A stretch of DNA of 62,892 nt, the filler included, from Platydemus manokwari (taxonomy: Eukaryota): the NCBI GenBank assembly GCA_037951405.1. It is 6 parts of 6 records of this genome, joined end to end, with 100 filler letters (N's around TTAATTAATTAA, not from the genome) between each part and the next. Parts side by side here need not be neighbours in the genome. Positions count along the whole stretch, not along the records: positions 1 to 10,829 come from JBBMOY011102887.1; positions 10,930 to 20,672 come from JBBMOY011210765.1; 4 more parts are not named here. One strand, 5' to 3'. Made by a program: the position numbers and the translations under genes. Positions 1 through 13,225 of this stretch are shown in pieces. The notes beneath the pieces were generated by a model. It was not told the origin of the DNA and made no database searches. It saw only the letters and a program-made list of their open reading frames with translations. Each line of letters starts with the position of its first letter. The stretch's first letter is position 1.

Positions 1-719
1 ATAACGTGTTATTCTATATTTTTTTCAGCGTCAAACTTTAATTATACTATATAAATTTTGCAATTCGCTTGGAATTCGTTTATTTACTGGTTACTAGTTT
101 GTTGGTGCCCTCAGAGTATAACATAGCCGATTATTTCGATGAGATCATAATGTAATTTTTTAATTTTAATATCCTATCAATATATAAAATATTCAATTAC
201 AAAATTTAATTTCATCAAATAAAATGATCTTTTACACCGTATATGATAACAGACTCTTGTTTATAGTATTCATTTCAAATCTTTAGCGAAAAAACCTTCA
301 ATATAAATGATAGTATCAATCAATATTTGAAAAATCAGAGAAAATTGAATAAATACATTATCTGACAACCATTCACCAATGTAAAATATTGTTTTAAAAC
401 AAATGAAAAATAAGTGATTATTGCTAAATTCTATACAGAAAGCACTTCCTAGATAGAGCGAACAGAACAAAATAGTATTTATAAATGCTAAAATATAAAA
501 TAAACTCTTGACTAAATTCCAACATTGAGAAATCGTGCAATTTATTTTGTGAATTTAGTTTCCATAAATGAAAAATTAAAAAATATCTTCTAGAAATAAC
601 ATTCGGAAAAATCTTTTTCGGAATATAATTTTATAAATCAAATTGTTGTTAATTATCAGACTTACAATTTTAAAATATTTTTAACATAAATCATTATTAT
701 TAAAAGTATTTAAGCTTAC

Positions 720-1008
720 TTTATTTTCTTTCACAAAACTTCCCACTTCAAGGGGTTTTAAAAATTTATTAACATATTTCTTATCGGGATGCATAGCCAT
801 CCAAGCATCCTGCAACAAATTGAAACACATAAATGTAATAATACTGGTTTACCGATGCATCTTTTCCAATGTAAGACGAAATTATTTTCGCTCCTCCAGG
901 ATGAATTTTCATAAAATGTTGAATATCGTAAATTTTTTCAAATATTAAAATCCATTTTTTCCCATTCTCTATTTCTGTTAAGAATCTTGATAATGAAATA
1001 GTTTCCAT
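720..1008 (-). CDS. Cytochrome b5 heme-binding domain, probably the N-terminus of a front-end fatty acid desaturase (exons 1008-853, 809-720; 3' exons not resolved)
   Basis: HPGG motif (W-ILIFEKIYDIQHFMKIHPGG..I..YIGKDAS). A 43-nt GT-AG intron (852-810) joins in phase to DAWMAMHPDKKYVNKFLKPLEVG, which resembles the FADS pattern DAT.AF.AFH....V.K.L.PL.IG. GTAAGC donor at 719. Confidence 0.8.
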
Positions 1009-4000
1009 TTAAGCCAAAATTTCCATTTAGCCAAATTAAGAGTATGGACTAAAGTTAAGAAAATGAGATCTAAAATAAAAATTTAAAATTTGTTAAGTGT
1101 ATTGCAAAAATCTATATAGTTTATTTAATGATAGTCATTAATAATCTTTGGTATTTTTTATTTTAGTACTTGTGAAGAATTTTAGTTGTTTCAAATCAAA
1201 TAATAAATACACTAGAATTTTAAAATATCAAATTATCTGATTATTTGAAAACTTGGTTAAAGTAGGTCAATTTGGAATTAATAGAAAAGTAACGAGGACT
1301 CCTTTCAGAGAGATACTTTGATTTTCTGCTATTATTTTATAAGAACTTATACTAGATTGATAAAGTTGTCAGGAGCTAAAAATTAAAAAAAATTTAATTT
1401 ACAAAGTCAGAAAATCTCGTGAAAGTTTCATGTTTAGAATAGGAGCATTGTTTAACAATGGTTTTGTCCCCATACGACGTCCTAAAAGGTGAGCTATTTA
1501 CTGAACTATATGCTCACATTTAACTTGAAAATGTGGTAGTAAATCTAATACAAAAGAAAATATTTTAAATAATTTATTATTATATAAAATTTGACGATAT
1601 CTACATTTTTTATTTATACTCCAAAGCCAACGTGTTAGAATATTAGAGGAAAAAATTACAACATAGATATAAACTTAGCTTATTAGGTATTAATTTATAT
1701 TAAATTGATAATTGGTGGCCCCAGATCAGTCATTTTTATTTTATCATTATCAAGTGTCATTGGAAGTTATAAACATGGTACTATTAAGAATTTAAAATTA
1801 TTCATCAATCCATGGCACCAAGAAATTTAAAAGCATACTATTCAAGAATAATTATTTTGTATGATTTTCATTCAAAATTTACATTAAATCTGAGAAAATT
1901 ATACACAAAATTAAATTATATATTTACTTAATACGCGATAATTCATCATTATGAATGTAGGTCATAATACCCCTGATCTTAACTTCAAAGCGGTTAATTA
2001 ATTTTATTTTACAAAGTACCCGAAATTTCTGATATTATTTTTTTAATTAATTAAAGATATTGGCAGTACAATTTTAATATTCTTTTTAAAGATTCTTGAA
2101 TTATTAGCATAGAATTAAAGTTAAAAATGAAAATAGGTTAACTTTTAAGTGCTATTTAAGCGACCAATCTGACAATATTGTTTCGGTCTTACATGAAAAT
2201 CATAAAGAAGTTTAAACCGTATTAAGATTGCCCACATAAACATAAGGATACCATGCATATTTTACATGACAATAATTACGACAAAGGAGCTAGTTGGTTG
2301 AGTTAAAGTCCAGATAAAGATATATTTTGGTAAACTTGAAAACTGATATATTGAAAATGCACTTTAAACGAATCAAGACCTACCAAGTGAAACCAATTCA
2401 AAACTGCATTATAAAAAATTTTATTATTGATTTATTTGTATGACGAATTTTTCTTCGATTGTTTCTGTTTTTTAATAAAGAGCGCATTGTTGTTGAATTG
2501 TTATTTGTTTGTCCTATAATCGGTCGATACCTTTTCTCTTATTAATTATTTTCCAGTTAGGCCAAATTGCATTTTCTCATCAACCTCACTAGTTGGTGCT
2601 TTGGTCTTGATCTGTTCTGAATTAATGATAATTTCCGACATCGGACATTGTTTACTATTTTTAATTAATTGAATCAGTTAAACAGACTGAATCATTTAAA
2701 TAATTGATTCTATTATTTATTTTTAATATTATTTTGTTTAAATGTTTTATTTTTAGACAAAATAATTTTATTTTAATAATTATTATTCTATTTTGATATT
2801 ATCTATTTATTTTTATATTTAAAAAATTCAACGTAAATTATTTTCATCTTTTTTAATCAATTAATTTTTATTATTTTTTTTTATTAATTATGTTTACTTA
2901 GTGGGGCTCTTCACTTCTAAACTTTTTGTTAAAATATAAATGACTATCTTTTACGTGATATCTAGAAAACCACGAAAAATTCGGGTTAAATTCCATTTTT
3001 GATTGAATTTGAGATTGATTGAAAGTACTTTTCAATTGGTTGCAATTCTTAGCATGTTTATTATTTTTTACTGAAGAAGTAAGAAAGTATTATAATGAAT
3101 TTGATTTTTAGTTTCTTTCGTATACATATACTAAAAATGCACACGAAAATTATTAATAAGTCAAAAGGAATATTATTTAAGAAGCTAAAATTATTAGAAT
3201 TCAATAGATATTGGTAGGTCATTTAAAGTTCATCAACAGAAATCTTGGTCAAAAGCTTTTATTATGATTATCATAGTTTGATGTAACAGTATTGTAAATG
3301 GTAGATTTTCACTCACAAAAATGCTTGGAATAAAAATAAAAACTGCCTCCGAGTCAAATCAATAGACTTAAATGGTAGACAATATTTAAAGATATGAACC
3401 AGTATAAAGAATAAAACTGGCATATTTGTCTTTATTAAATCATCCACATTTTTTCGTAATAAGCCATCGATTTCGACATATTTGAATGAACGGTCTAAAT
3501 CAGATGATTTTTGTTTTATTTATTTGTTTGGTAATTTGCATTAGAATTTACACTTACTACTAATATTATTTGATATCATGTAACAACTTATTAAGTCCCC
3601 CTTCATGATCTATAGATTTAAATCTCACTTTTATTAACATTGGGCAAATATACACAGTTTCAATTTGGGATCAGATTACTCTAACAGATTTTTTGGATTT
3701 CACTGGTTATTACTGGTTTGTTTAAAATTAATTTTGAATTACAAATGTGCTTACACATGCCTATTGTTAGACCAAATACGACTCAGTCCGTACAATTACT
3801 CTAATTTTGATCTAACTCAGCTTCTCGTTTTTGTTGCTAATTTCTGCTTAAAATGTATTTATTAAAATTATTACGTACGCAAGATTCTACTGAATATTAA
3901 GTAATGAGTTGATGATGAAATGAATATTAATCAACACAGTAACATGGTAAAATATATAAATATGTTATATTTGTTTAATAAGTAAGTCGGGGATAAGTTA

Positions 4001-7000
4001 AGTTTTTTAAATAAATTTTATGACTGAATTCCAATGATGTAACTAAAACATATGCTACTCAACACTAAACAAATATTCAATAATGAAAATACATTTAACT
4101 TCACCTGAAAGTAAGCCATGCTTATTGTGTTGAATGCATTAATAATGATTTAGAATTACAATCAAAAACCCTGGAATTAGCTCTAAAGTGCCATACATAC
4201 CCACAAGCAATATATACTAATTTTTTGATTACACATAAGCCTTTAATTGAAGCGCCTTATCAGAAAAGACTGGTTAATGGTAATGAATAACAAAGAAAAA
4301 TTTGTTACCATAATTCTTAAACAAGTCTTAGAAATCTTAAACAATTAAAAATTCATACGCAAGACTTTGATTAAAGTATTCAAAATTAACACTATGTGAC
4401 GAATGAAGTTAACTAAAAAATCAAATATTTATTTAGCATAAATAAGGTCTTCACGAAGCGGTGGGACTATCCCTCACCACGATTTTTATTTATAAATATA
4501 TGTTCTGTATAGTTGTATCTTCCTGAATGGATTCTGCAGCAATAGCAGAGTTCGATTGACGGTAGCAGCAAATCTTTGAGCTTCCCAGCGATTTTTTTGA
4601 TTTTCTGTTTCTTTTTATAAGAAGATTGTGAGTCGATTGAACCAGGATTCGAGAAGACTGATCGAAATTGTAGCAGTTTGTGTTGCAGTATTTGGCAAAT
4701 CGAACAAATTGTGGTCGCAGTTATAGGGAGCTCGTATTAAACTCAACCTGCCGAAAAGTCATCTCACCAGTTGTGTTTGAGAGCAATGTGGCTGATTATT
4801 TTGTTGGGAATTGAGAAATTTTGAACGAATTTGTAGGGAGCTTTTCTTTGTGTTTGTGTTGACGGGACTTTATTTGTTGACTTTGAGTTTTTGTGAATCT
4901 TGTGTTTGTGTGATAATTGGAATACCGGGGCTGGAATCACGACCTTTTGCTCTGGCACTGGAGAACTGTCTGAGACGAATGAATCACAATTGGGTTGAGG
5001 CAACAGTCACTGTCTCGTCAATGCTGAGTCTGCATAGATTGTGTGTGAGGGTTGAAGGGATGGCTAGGCTTACTAGTTACTGTCAGAGAATGGTACTTTA
5101 GCTGAACTGCAAGACATTAATTTCATTGGGAATCCGAGCCGAGTTTGGGTGATGAATCGAAGACAAGTAGGACAATCATTGTTTTGGTTGATGTGGTTGT
5201 TCTGAGTTTTACTTCATTGTGTTATGTTGTGTTTAATTTTTTTTCTTGAATTTGTAAAATCTTGCACGCATCCAGGACATTATTGTTTTGTGAATATTTT
5301 TGATGCAGATTTTGCACATTGAGAACATTGCTGACAGTTTTTCTAAGGCAAGTCAATTCTGGGAATCAATCTAAAGGAAATTTGTGAGTGAGTGAGATTG
5401 ATACAATACCATAACTCAGATGTAGATGAGTGGTCAGACATGATTGATGAGTAAGTATGAGTTTTGAGGATTCTTCCCTGTCAGACAAAGCCGAGACATT
5501 CGAGATAGTTGTATAGTTGAATTGCGTTGTGTTGAATTCCGAATAGAATGTTTATATTTGCCCGATTCTTCTAAAAAAAGTAGTCCTTGAATGAAATCTG
5601 AATAAAATCTTTGTAAAGTTACACAAAGGTAAGTTACGCCAGTATCATCTAGTATTTTGAGTCTATCAAGAAACTTCACAATGGTAGTAGGAAGAATTAG
5701 AACTTTGAGGTATATCCCAAAAAACTCTTTTGTTTCTGCTTTTTGAAGTTATCTCTGCAATCTTTAAATCCATGTGTGCGATCTTTTATAACCTTTTTTT
5801 CAAATTTATGTTTAAACATTCTCCTCGAACTAAAACTTCTAATTTTGGTTTTTCTTTTAAATCTTCAATTTTTCCTTTTATAATTTCAGAATTTTTACTT
5901 CTTTCTATAGAACTAACACTAAAACTTGAATTGACTTTATCATACTGTTTATTAAATAAACTTTATAATAATCGATTATCCCATTTTTTATTTACAACAG
6001 CTGTAAAATGTTTCCAAATTAACTTTTCCAAAGTTTTAATTAAATCTTTCAGTAAAACACCTTTCCCCTCATTTTCAATATAATACAAAATAATATATTA
6101 GAACATCAAATAAAAAGGAACAAAAGTAACATGATGTTGAGTGAGATGAAAAGAAAAACGGCATTACACCTTGGATCCCTTGTTTAAGCACTTTAAAGAC
6201 TTGCATGTATACACAATCATACAGAAATAGCAATCACCCACTCATAGTGAAGTTAGATGATAAATGACAATTGTAGAATTGGTATAGCTAAACAACAACA
6301 AACACAAAGGGATTGGCCAATCTCACTCATGCAAAAACTTAAAAACCCAATAAGAACGCAGAGAAGCAAATATCGAATCAAAGTATTATACAACATGACA
6401 AAAATTACACACAGATCGCGAATATAAAAATCGATGTAAAGATGACTAACTGCCAGCTGGAAGCCAAGTTTTTGTTATATTATATATATTACCAAAGCAA
6501 ATACAACATTAGCCTTCTAGTTTGGAGTCAGAGCCTAATTAATTTGTTGAGGATTCAACAATATGCAAATTCCTGACTAAATTAAATCGCAAACATGGTC
6601 TATTATCAGATGAGGCTAATGTTATTTTGGTTACGACTTATATTAATCTGGTTAATTGCAACAGTGAGTTGAAAGAAATTATTTCACCAAATAAATAATG
6701 GCTAAATTTACTTATTTTAATTCGTATGTACATATTAGCTGTTATTATTCTTTCATAAGCTTAGTTATTCTTATACAGATCACAATGCCCTAAATAATTA
6801 TAAACCGAACAAAAAATTTCTTGTGATTTCCCACAAATGGCCAAATAGAAATAAAATTTCAAGTAACAGAAATAGAAGAAGAAACTGTTTGATTTTACTT
6901 TCAGATTTTAAATTTGCAATAACTTATTTTGTAAAACGACTAATATCAATTCTTTCGAAAATTATTAAAAATAAATTCTAATTAATTAAAAATTTTGAAT

Positions 7001-7070
7001 AATTACTGATACTTCTGTTAAAATCTACATTAAGTTTAAAATAATTCAGTTTTCGAATATTGATTAATAT

Positions 7071-7601
7071 ATGGGATCCATATTTAGTAAAAGTAATTTA
7101 CCTAAACTCTCAAAGCAAATCGTTTTCGATAAATCTAAAAAATATAATTACTTCAAATGTATAAAATACAAACCTTTCTTAAACATGAAAACAACGTTGG
7201 ATAATTTTCGATTGTATGTTAATGAGACTAGAAACAATGGGTATAAATGGAATCGAATTCATTCCAAATTCTTTTTGAATAGTAATAACACAAGTTTCCT
7301 AATTACCTCAATTAGAAATAATAACTTACAAAATGAGAAGTCAGAGAAAAATTTCAGATTAAAAAATATTTTTGAAAATCAAAACAAGTCAATCAATTTC
7401 CAAGATATGAACAATTCAGTTTACGATAATATCTTTACTCCAAGTAGTTTTCAGTCGAATAATAAATATATGGGACAAAATTGCAATTCTTTTTCGAAAG
7501 TTAAAATTGAAACAAAATTGGAAGATTATCTTGGAAGAACAAAATTTTCAACCTCAGTGAATAATTATAAGTTATTATCACGGGGCTTTAAAAATCAATA
7601 A
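7071..7601 (+). CDS. Hypothetical intronless 176-aa N/K/S-rich protein
   Basis: ATG-initiated 176-codon ORF in very AT-rich DNA. Starts MGSIFS (MGxxxS myristoylation-type motif). No recognised domain. Confidence 0.4.
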   Translation: MGSIFSKSNLPKLSKQIVFDKSKKYNYFKCIKYKPFLNMKTTLDNFRLYVNETRNNGYKWNRIHSKFFLNSNNTSFLITSIRNNNLQNEKSEKNFRLKNIFENQNKSINFQDMNNSVYDNIFTPSSFQSNNKYMGQNCNSFSKVKIETKLEDYLGRTKFSTSVNNYKLLSRGFKNQ

Positions 7602-8606
7602 TATTTCAAAATCGAAAAAAGAATTCATTATCAAATTAATTTTGTTGAAAACTCAAATCAAGCATTTCTAGTATTAATCATATACATCTACTTTAGAGCT
7701 TCTTTTGATCCAAATATTTTGGAAAATCAAAATTGGCAGATATCACTGCCATTCAATATTGATAAAAATTAGTGGTCAAATTTATAATCATTTGAATATG
7801 AAATATTATGATAATAATTTGTTTTGAAAAAATACATGAAATTGTTTGTATAGTGTATTTTTAATTAAATTAAAAAATGATGAAATAGTCAAATGTTGAA
7901 ATGAGTGACCACCTCATTTAGTAATTAAATGATTATTATTGATTATTTTCAAACATTTTATTTACCTTTGAGTAACAAATAATAAAATTCATTATTTAAC
8001 GATAATATAAATTGTTTGAAAGAGAAAAAGTTATGATACTCATATGTATTCCAATTATTAATGGTCATGTTAAGGTTTCATGTCATAATAAAGAAAAAAA
8101 TACCAATGGCTTTCCAAGATGAACAAAATTATGTACAATTATTCTTAAAATTATACTTATCTGGAAAGAAAATACAATTACAACTTATGCTCACGGTTAT
8201 ATATTAAGTAATAGTGAATGTTAATGAAATAACTACGAGTTTGAGTCTTGAATGAACAGTATATTGAAGAGGTTAATTAGATTACTTGTCGAGACAAATT
8301 AGTTCGGTTTATGTATATTAAAATAAGTTCAAAAACCTATAATTAATTTTTTGACTTATTAACTAGATTATTAATATTATTTCATTATAATTCTTATTAT
8401 ATCATTACAAAAATAAACTACAAACTCTATAAAATTTATAGTGTAATTTTATACTCGTAAAAATCAGTCCGGAATACAAAAATAAAATATGTTTGATCTA
8501 TTTTAATCTGGAGTTAGTATTCTTTGGAGTCACAGAAAGGTGATGATTATTAGACTCTACGATTTTACAATTTAAAAAACAAATTCCGATCACGACATGT
8601 AATTAA

Positions 8607-8832
8607 CCCTTTCAATACGACTTTTGGCCAGTGAAAAGATTTTTGTATAACTGAACTATATTTACATAAGGAACATATTTACATAATTTCTGATTTTTAG
8701 AAAATATTATTATTTTTTGAAAAAATGCCTTGGGACACATATGTCCCTGCAGTAGTTTAATGCGAATGTTTTTCGCATCAGTAATTTTTTAACATTCTCT
8801 GGGACTTATATATCCCCGCAGTATTGAAAGGG
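8607..8832. mobile_element. piggyBac-like MITE (226 bp)
   Basis: Perfect 12-bp TIR CCCTTTCAATAC / GTATTGAAAGGG with TTAA on both flanks (8603-8606, 8833-8836). Internal repeated GGGAC..ATAT.TCCC.GCAGTA at 8732 and 8801. Confidence 0.88.
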
Positions 8833-9675
8833 TTAAGGTAACTTGGCGATTAATGAAAATCATCTAACACCGGAAGAATTTTCAACATCCTTAATGTTTT
8901 ATTTTAATTTGGTTATGGAGAGACGCAGTATCGATCAAAGATTTTCGTTTATTAGAGCTAAATGATATTTGCAACTCTTTATTTTCAACTTTTAGAACAA
9001 TTTTTCGTACAGCTAACAGTATCATCTTTAGCATATACTTTCTCGAAAGTGGAAACTTTTCTGACTTAAAATGCTTAGTGTAGAAGTTGATCATCGCGGT
9101 TTGATAAAACTAGGTCACATGTTCCTAAAAAAATTAATGTTGATAAGCTCCATTTGTAAATCATGGTGTGTATTCTCTACATCCACATCAAATAGAGATA
9201 CAAATATTCTACTCTCAATTTGGTAAAGCAGAAAGTTAACGAATCTATCCACAAATTTCTCACGAAATTTACTGATTTCTTAAAAATATTTCTTGATGTC
9301 TGATGTCTCTAACTTCTTTAATATTTGACGTGTAACGTTTTGGAGTCACTGCTTTTTTTATTTCTTTAAAGATTATTGTTGGATTTGATCGAAATTTACG
9401 ATTTAATCAGTACTCAGTGTCCGTCTTGACGTTCAGGTAGTTATATGACCTATGTCCTTGCAATTAATTCTCTAGAATTAATTCCACTATGACAGAGTAC
9501 TTCTATGCGATTAAATGCACGGTAATTTATTTTATTTAATACATTAATATCATTTTATTTAATGCATGGATATAATTTTATTCTAGCTGGATATTTCATT
9601 CGAAGTGCGCGATAACTTATTCTGCTTGATTATTTATAGATAATTTCACTATTCATATTGTTTTAATAAGTGAAA

Positions 9676-9890
9676 TTATTATAAGGTAATTTTAACGATT
9701 TTATTTTATTATATCAACGCCGGATTTCTTATTTATTATGGGGATTATAAATTGAGGTTAAAATTATATATTATATTAAATTATGTTCCCGTTAGTCACG
9801 AAGTCTCCCCGAATTATTATAAAAATGCTTTTTACTTTAAAATTTCTAGCAATTAAAAAATTGTTATAAGCCCCAAAATCCAACAGTTGT
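9676..9890 (+). repeat. Dispersed non-coding repeat, copy 1
   Basis: Aligns by eye with 20773-21040 (ttattataaggtaattttaa...tatatcaa.gccgg...gggattata.attgaggtt.aaattat...gccccaaaa). Confidence 0.75.
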
Positions 9891-10829
9891 ATTGATGTTG
9901 GTATAATTGATGTAAATTCTTTGATATATTGATATTGCTATTCAGATAAGTATTTTACCATTGCTGAGTTACATTACTGGTCCTGTAAGCTATATTCTTT
10001 TTCCATTTGTTCATTTGGTTCAAATAGTAATATTCACTAAGCTTTGTGAGTATGTTTGCACAAAGCAAACTACTTCTGCTCTCCCGAATAGTATAATTAT
10101 TTCAATCACACGAACCTCATATTGTTTTCGCTTTCCCTATTTTCTTTTTATAGTGATTAAATTTTCAGAGATTAAATCAAACATTATTCCTTTCATTTGA
10201 TGTAAGATATCAATAACACCTCGTATGAACAACTTTTCATGACTCTTAGTCCATACATGAGGCGAAATTTTCCAATTTGTACCTTGCATGGAATCTTTTC
10301 CAAAAATACAATTTTGGTTATGTTACTATTCTCGACAAACTTACTTTAAAGAGAGTTTAATTCTTCAGTTGTTAATATTTTACGAGAGATGATTGACACA
10401 TTTCCTTCTGAATTTTTTAATGCTACCTTCTCGTAGTCATTAATCTTTACTTTTATGAAAGATTTTCTTTGATTTCCTTCCTGAACCATATTTACTAATA
10501 ATAAACATTATCAGTGTTTGACATCACACCCTCAAATTAAAACAAAACTTTACACCACTATCAGTTGTCTCCTCCCTAAATCGGTTAAATAACAATAAAA
10601 AACAGCAAAATATGATGTTTATGATAAATATTGATATATTATATGATCAGAATTCGATTGAAGATCATATTCTATTACATAATGCATCTATCAATTACTG
10701 AGGTTCTCCACATAGTAAATTAAATATGTTAATAATAACATGTTACATTAAACACTTCAATAGATAAGGCTAGATTTAGATTATCTGATATCCTTTCTTA
10801 CTTTAATTCTTCTTATATTTTCAATATAA

Positions 10830-10929
10830 NNNNNNNNNNNNNNNNNNNNNNNNNNNNNNNNNNNNNNNNNNNNTTAATTAATTAANNNNNNNNNNNNNNN
10901 NNNNNNNNNNNNNNNNNNNNNNNNNNNNN
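10830..10929. other. Artificial contig linker N44-TTAATTAATTAA-N44
   Basis: Exactly 100 nt. The core has stops in all six frames. Five identical copies in the window. Confidence 0.97.
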
Positions 10930-10931
10930 AC

Positions 10932-10955
10932 AATAATAATAATAATAATAATAAT
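10932..10955 (+). repeat. (AAT)8 microsatellite at contig edge
   Basis: Read directly. Confidence 0.9.
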
Positions 10956-11403
10956 CATGATAATAATCACAATAATTTAGTAAACAAGTAATCAAAATAA
11001 ATATAAACAGCCTAAAGTGGTACTTATCCAAGTAAAATCAGAAAACACGTGTCTTAATATCTACTAATTGTTTTAAAATTTTTAAAATGAAATTTTTGAT
11101 AGTCTAAATTATATTACTTGTTTAAAAGTTTTTTACAACTATATAATTTGATAATAAAATGATTTTCTTAAGTATTTAATAATAATATATAATTGAAAAA
11201 TCATAAATCTAAACAAATAACGTTTAGGGTTTCATAAAATCCGAGTTTTAGTCGAAAAATGCATCATAAAGTCAGATCTCCGCTTATTGATAATACGTTA
11301 CTTATTAATATATAATTTTACAGATTGTGAGGAATAATACTTTTGTGTTTGGTATACAAAAAAATTAAAAAAACTGAGTTGTTTTTAAAAGTTTACATAT
11401 TTA

Positions 11404-11726
11404 CCGTATTTTCCGGACTATAAGGCGCATCCTAAAACATGAACTTTGTGTAAAATATTTTCATAAATAAGGCACGCTCTAGCACTGAATTGACTGATTA
11501 ATATTATAAACTTAAAAACGTATTTTTAATGCTCTTCAACTTCAAAATAAATTTAATATAAGGTGTTTTCTTTAATTAAATTCATTTTTCTATATTTTTA
11601 AAAATATTTCAATTATTTAATAATCAAATATTTATAAATTTTATGATAAATAATTTAATACATAAAGCGCACCGGAATATAAAATTTAACGAAAAATATG
11701 ATTTAATTATATTCCGGAAAATAGTG
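11404..11726. mobile_element. Tc2/pogo-like MITE
   Basis: TIR CCGTATTTTCCGGACTATAA versus TTATATTCCGGAAAATAGTG (3 mismatches), TA on both sides, subterminal ATAAGGC/ATAAAGCGCAC repeats. An isolated copy of the same TIR lies at 61420-61440. Confidence 0.75.
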
Positions 11727-11732
11727 TAATTA

Positions 11733-13225
11733 CACTGGTCAACAAAATTTCAAAAAGGTTTTGTCCTTTAAATAAATATTGGTGATTCTTGTGATATTTG
11801 TGCGCTGATTTCAGATCTGGTTTTACATTTTTTATATCATAGTTTTTCCAGGACAGATGTTTACTCAAAAGGAAAAAATAATGACAAAATAGATTTGTTT
11901 ATTTATGGCGACCAAGCGCGCTATTCTTTTTATTTCAAACGTCTCTCAGCTTTTAATTTCGAACTAATGAAAAAATATGACCAGAAATTGTATTTATACT
12001 ATCAAATACAAAACTTTACTTTCATTTTGAACTGTACTTCGGTTGAAAAATTGGTGATCAAGATAAAACCTGTGCTTCTGTTATTTTTTGTCCAATACGT
12101 TTATCAATGGATGGTCAACAATTAATCGTCACATGAGTTTCGCAGTTCCCATTATTTAGAAAGTATGAAGACCATACTTCTGACTGTCATCCGTGTCTGA
12201 AAATATTTCCGGAGTAAACTCTAAATCCAGAAAATCAGTGACTTATTCAAACCTGCTATCAACTTTGTTACCCCCGTACCTCATAATGAAGAGATACTAG
12301 TTCCACCTTATCACGGTGAAGATTTAGATGCTAATGATGATGATCCGAAATTAATTACATCACTTTCATATTTAGAGTCACGTCTAGTTTCACAACGCCA
12401 TTTAAATGATCTGGAACGGTATATAGAACTTTCCATGGAGCATGGACAATAGTTGAGTTCGAGATTATAAAGATGGAATTTACTTCAAAAAGATATCAAA
12501 GGTTGCCATTTTCGAAACAGCATTTAATAATTCGCTTTCCAATTATATTTACGAACGGTTTGTATTGAATGAGGACTCATGAAAAACTTAGTTAATGGAA
12601 TGAATCGGAATAGGCCTGACTTTCATTACTCAGAAAATAATTTTCTAATATTTGTGAAGCAAAGCTCAAAAGAATTTTCGTGGGACTTTAAATTATAGTA
12701 TTGACGATAGACCAAAACATCTATTCAACATTGAATAACGAGAAAACAGAATGGGAAACCTTCTAAAGAAATTATTGGGAAAAAGAAAGTGGAAAACTAT
12801 GTGTACTTAGTAAATTATTTGTTAATGAGGTCTTTAAGTCTACGAAATGCAATGTCACCAAAAATTTATTTTGTACATTCACATCTTGATTTCGAAATCT
12901 TGGTGTTGTAAGTGGCAAGCACGGTGAGCTGTCCCATCAAGATATTTTAAACGCAGAGAAGTGTTACTGTGAATGTGTAGTCCAAATACACCAGGTGACT
13001 ACATAAGAGTAAAGTGCAAAATAGGGACAGAAAATCTAATATGTATACATTTTAAGATATGATTTCTTACATTTTATATGTCCATGCATCCATATAAATT
13101 GTACAAATTTCAACCACTTATCCTATAAAACTCTTAATGATAGAATAAATATAAAACCAGATCTGAACTCGACTCTAAAATACAAATGAATTTCATTTAA
13201 TAGGCAAAATTTTTGTTAGCCGCTG
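11733..13225 (+). mobile_element. Decayed, internally deleted Chapaev3-like (CMC) DNA transposon
   Basis: Starts CACTGGTCAACAAAA after TTA; degenerate right end TTTTGTTAGCCGCTG; subterminal inverted TCAGATCTGGTTTT/AAAACCAGATCTGA. Transposase remnants with stops and frameshifts: VPHNEEILVPP, SQRHLNDLER..ELS....LSSRL.RWNLL, GLMKNLVNGM, EAKL..IFVG, MSPKIYFVHSHLDF..LGVVSGKHGELSHQDI. Confidence 0.78.

Noticed and set aside
10874-10885. TTAATTAATTAA as a biological repeat or piggyBac site
   Set aside because: Always centred in exactly 88 Ns; synthetic linker.
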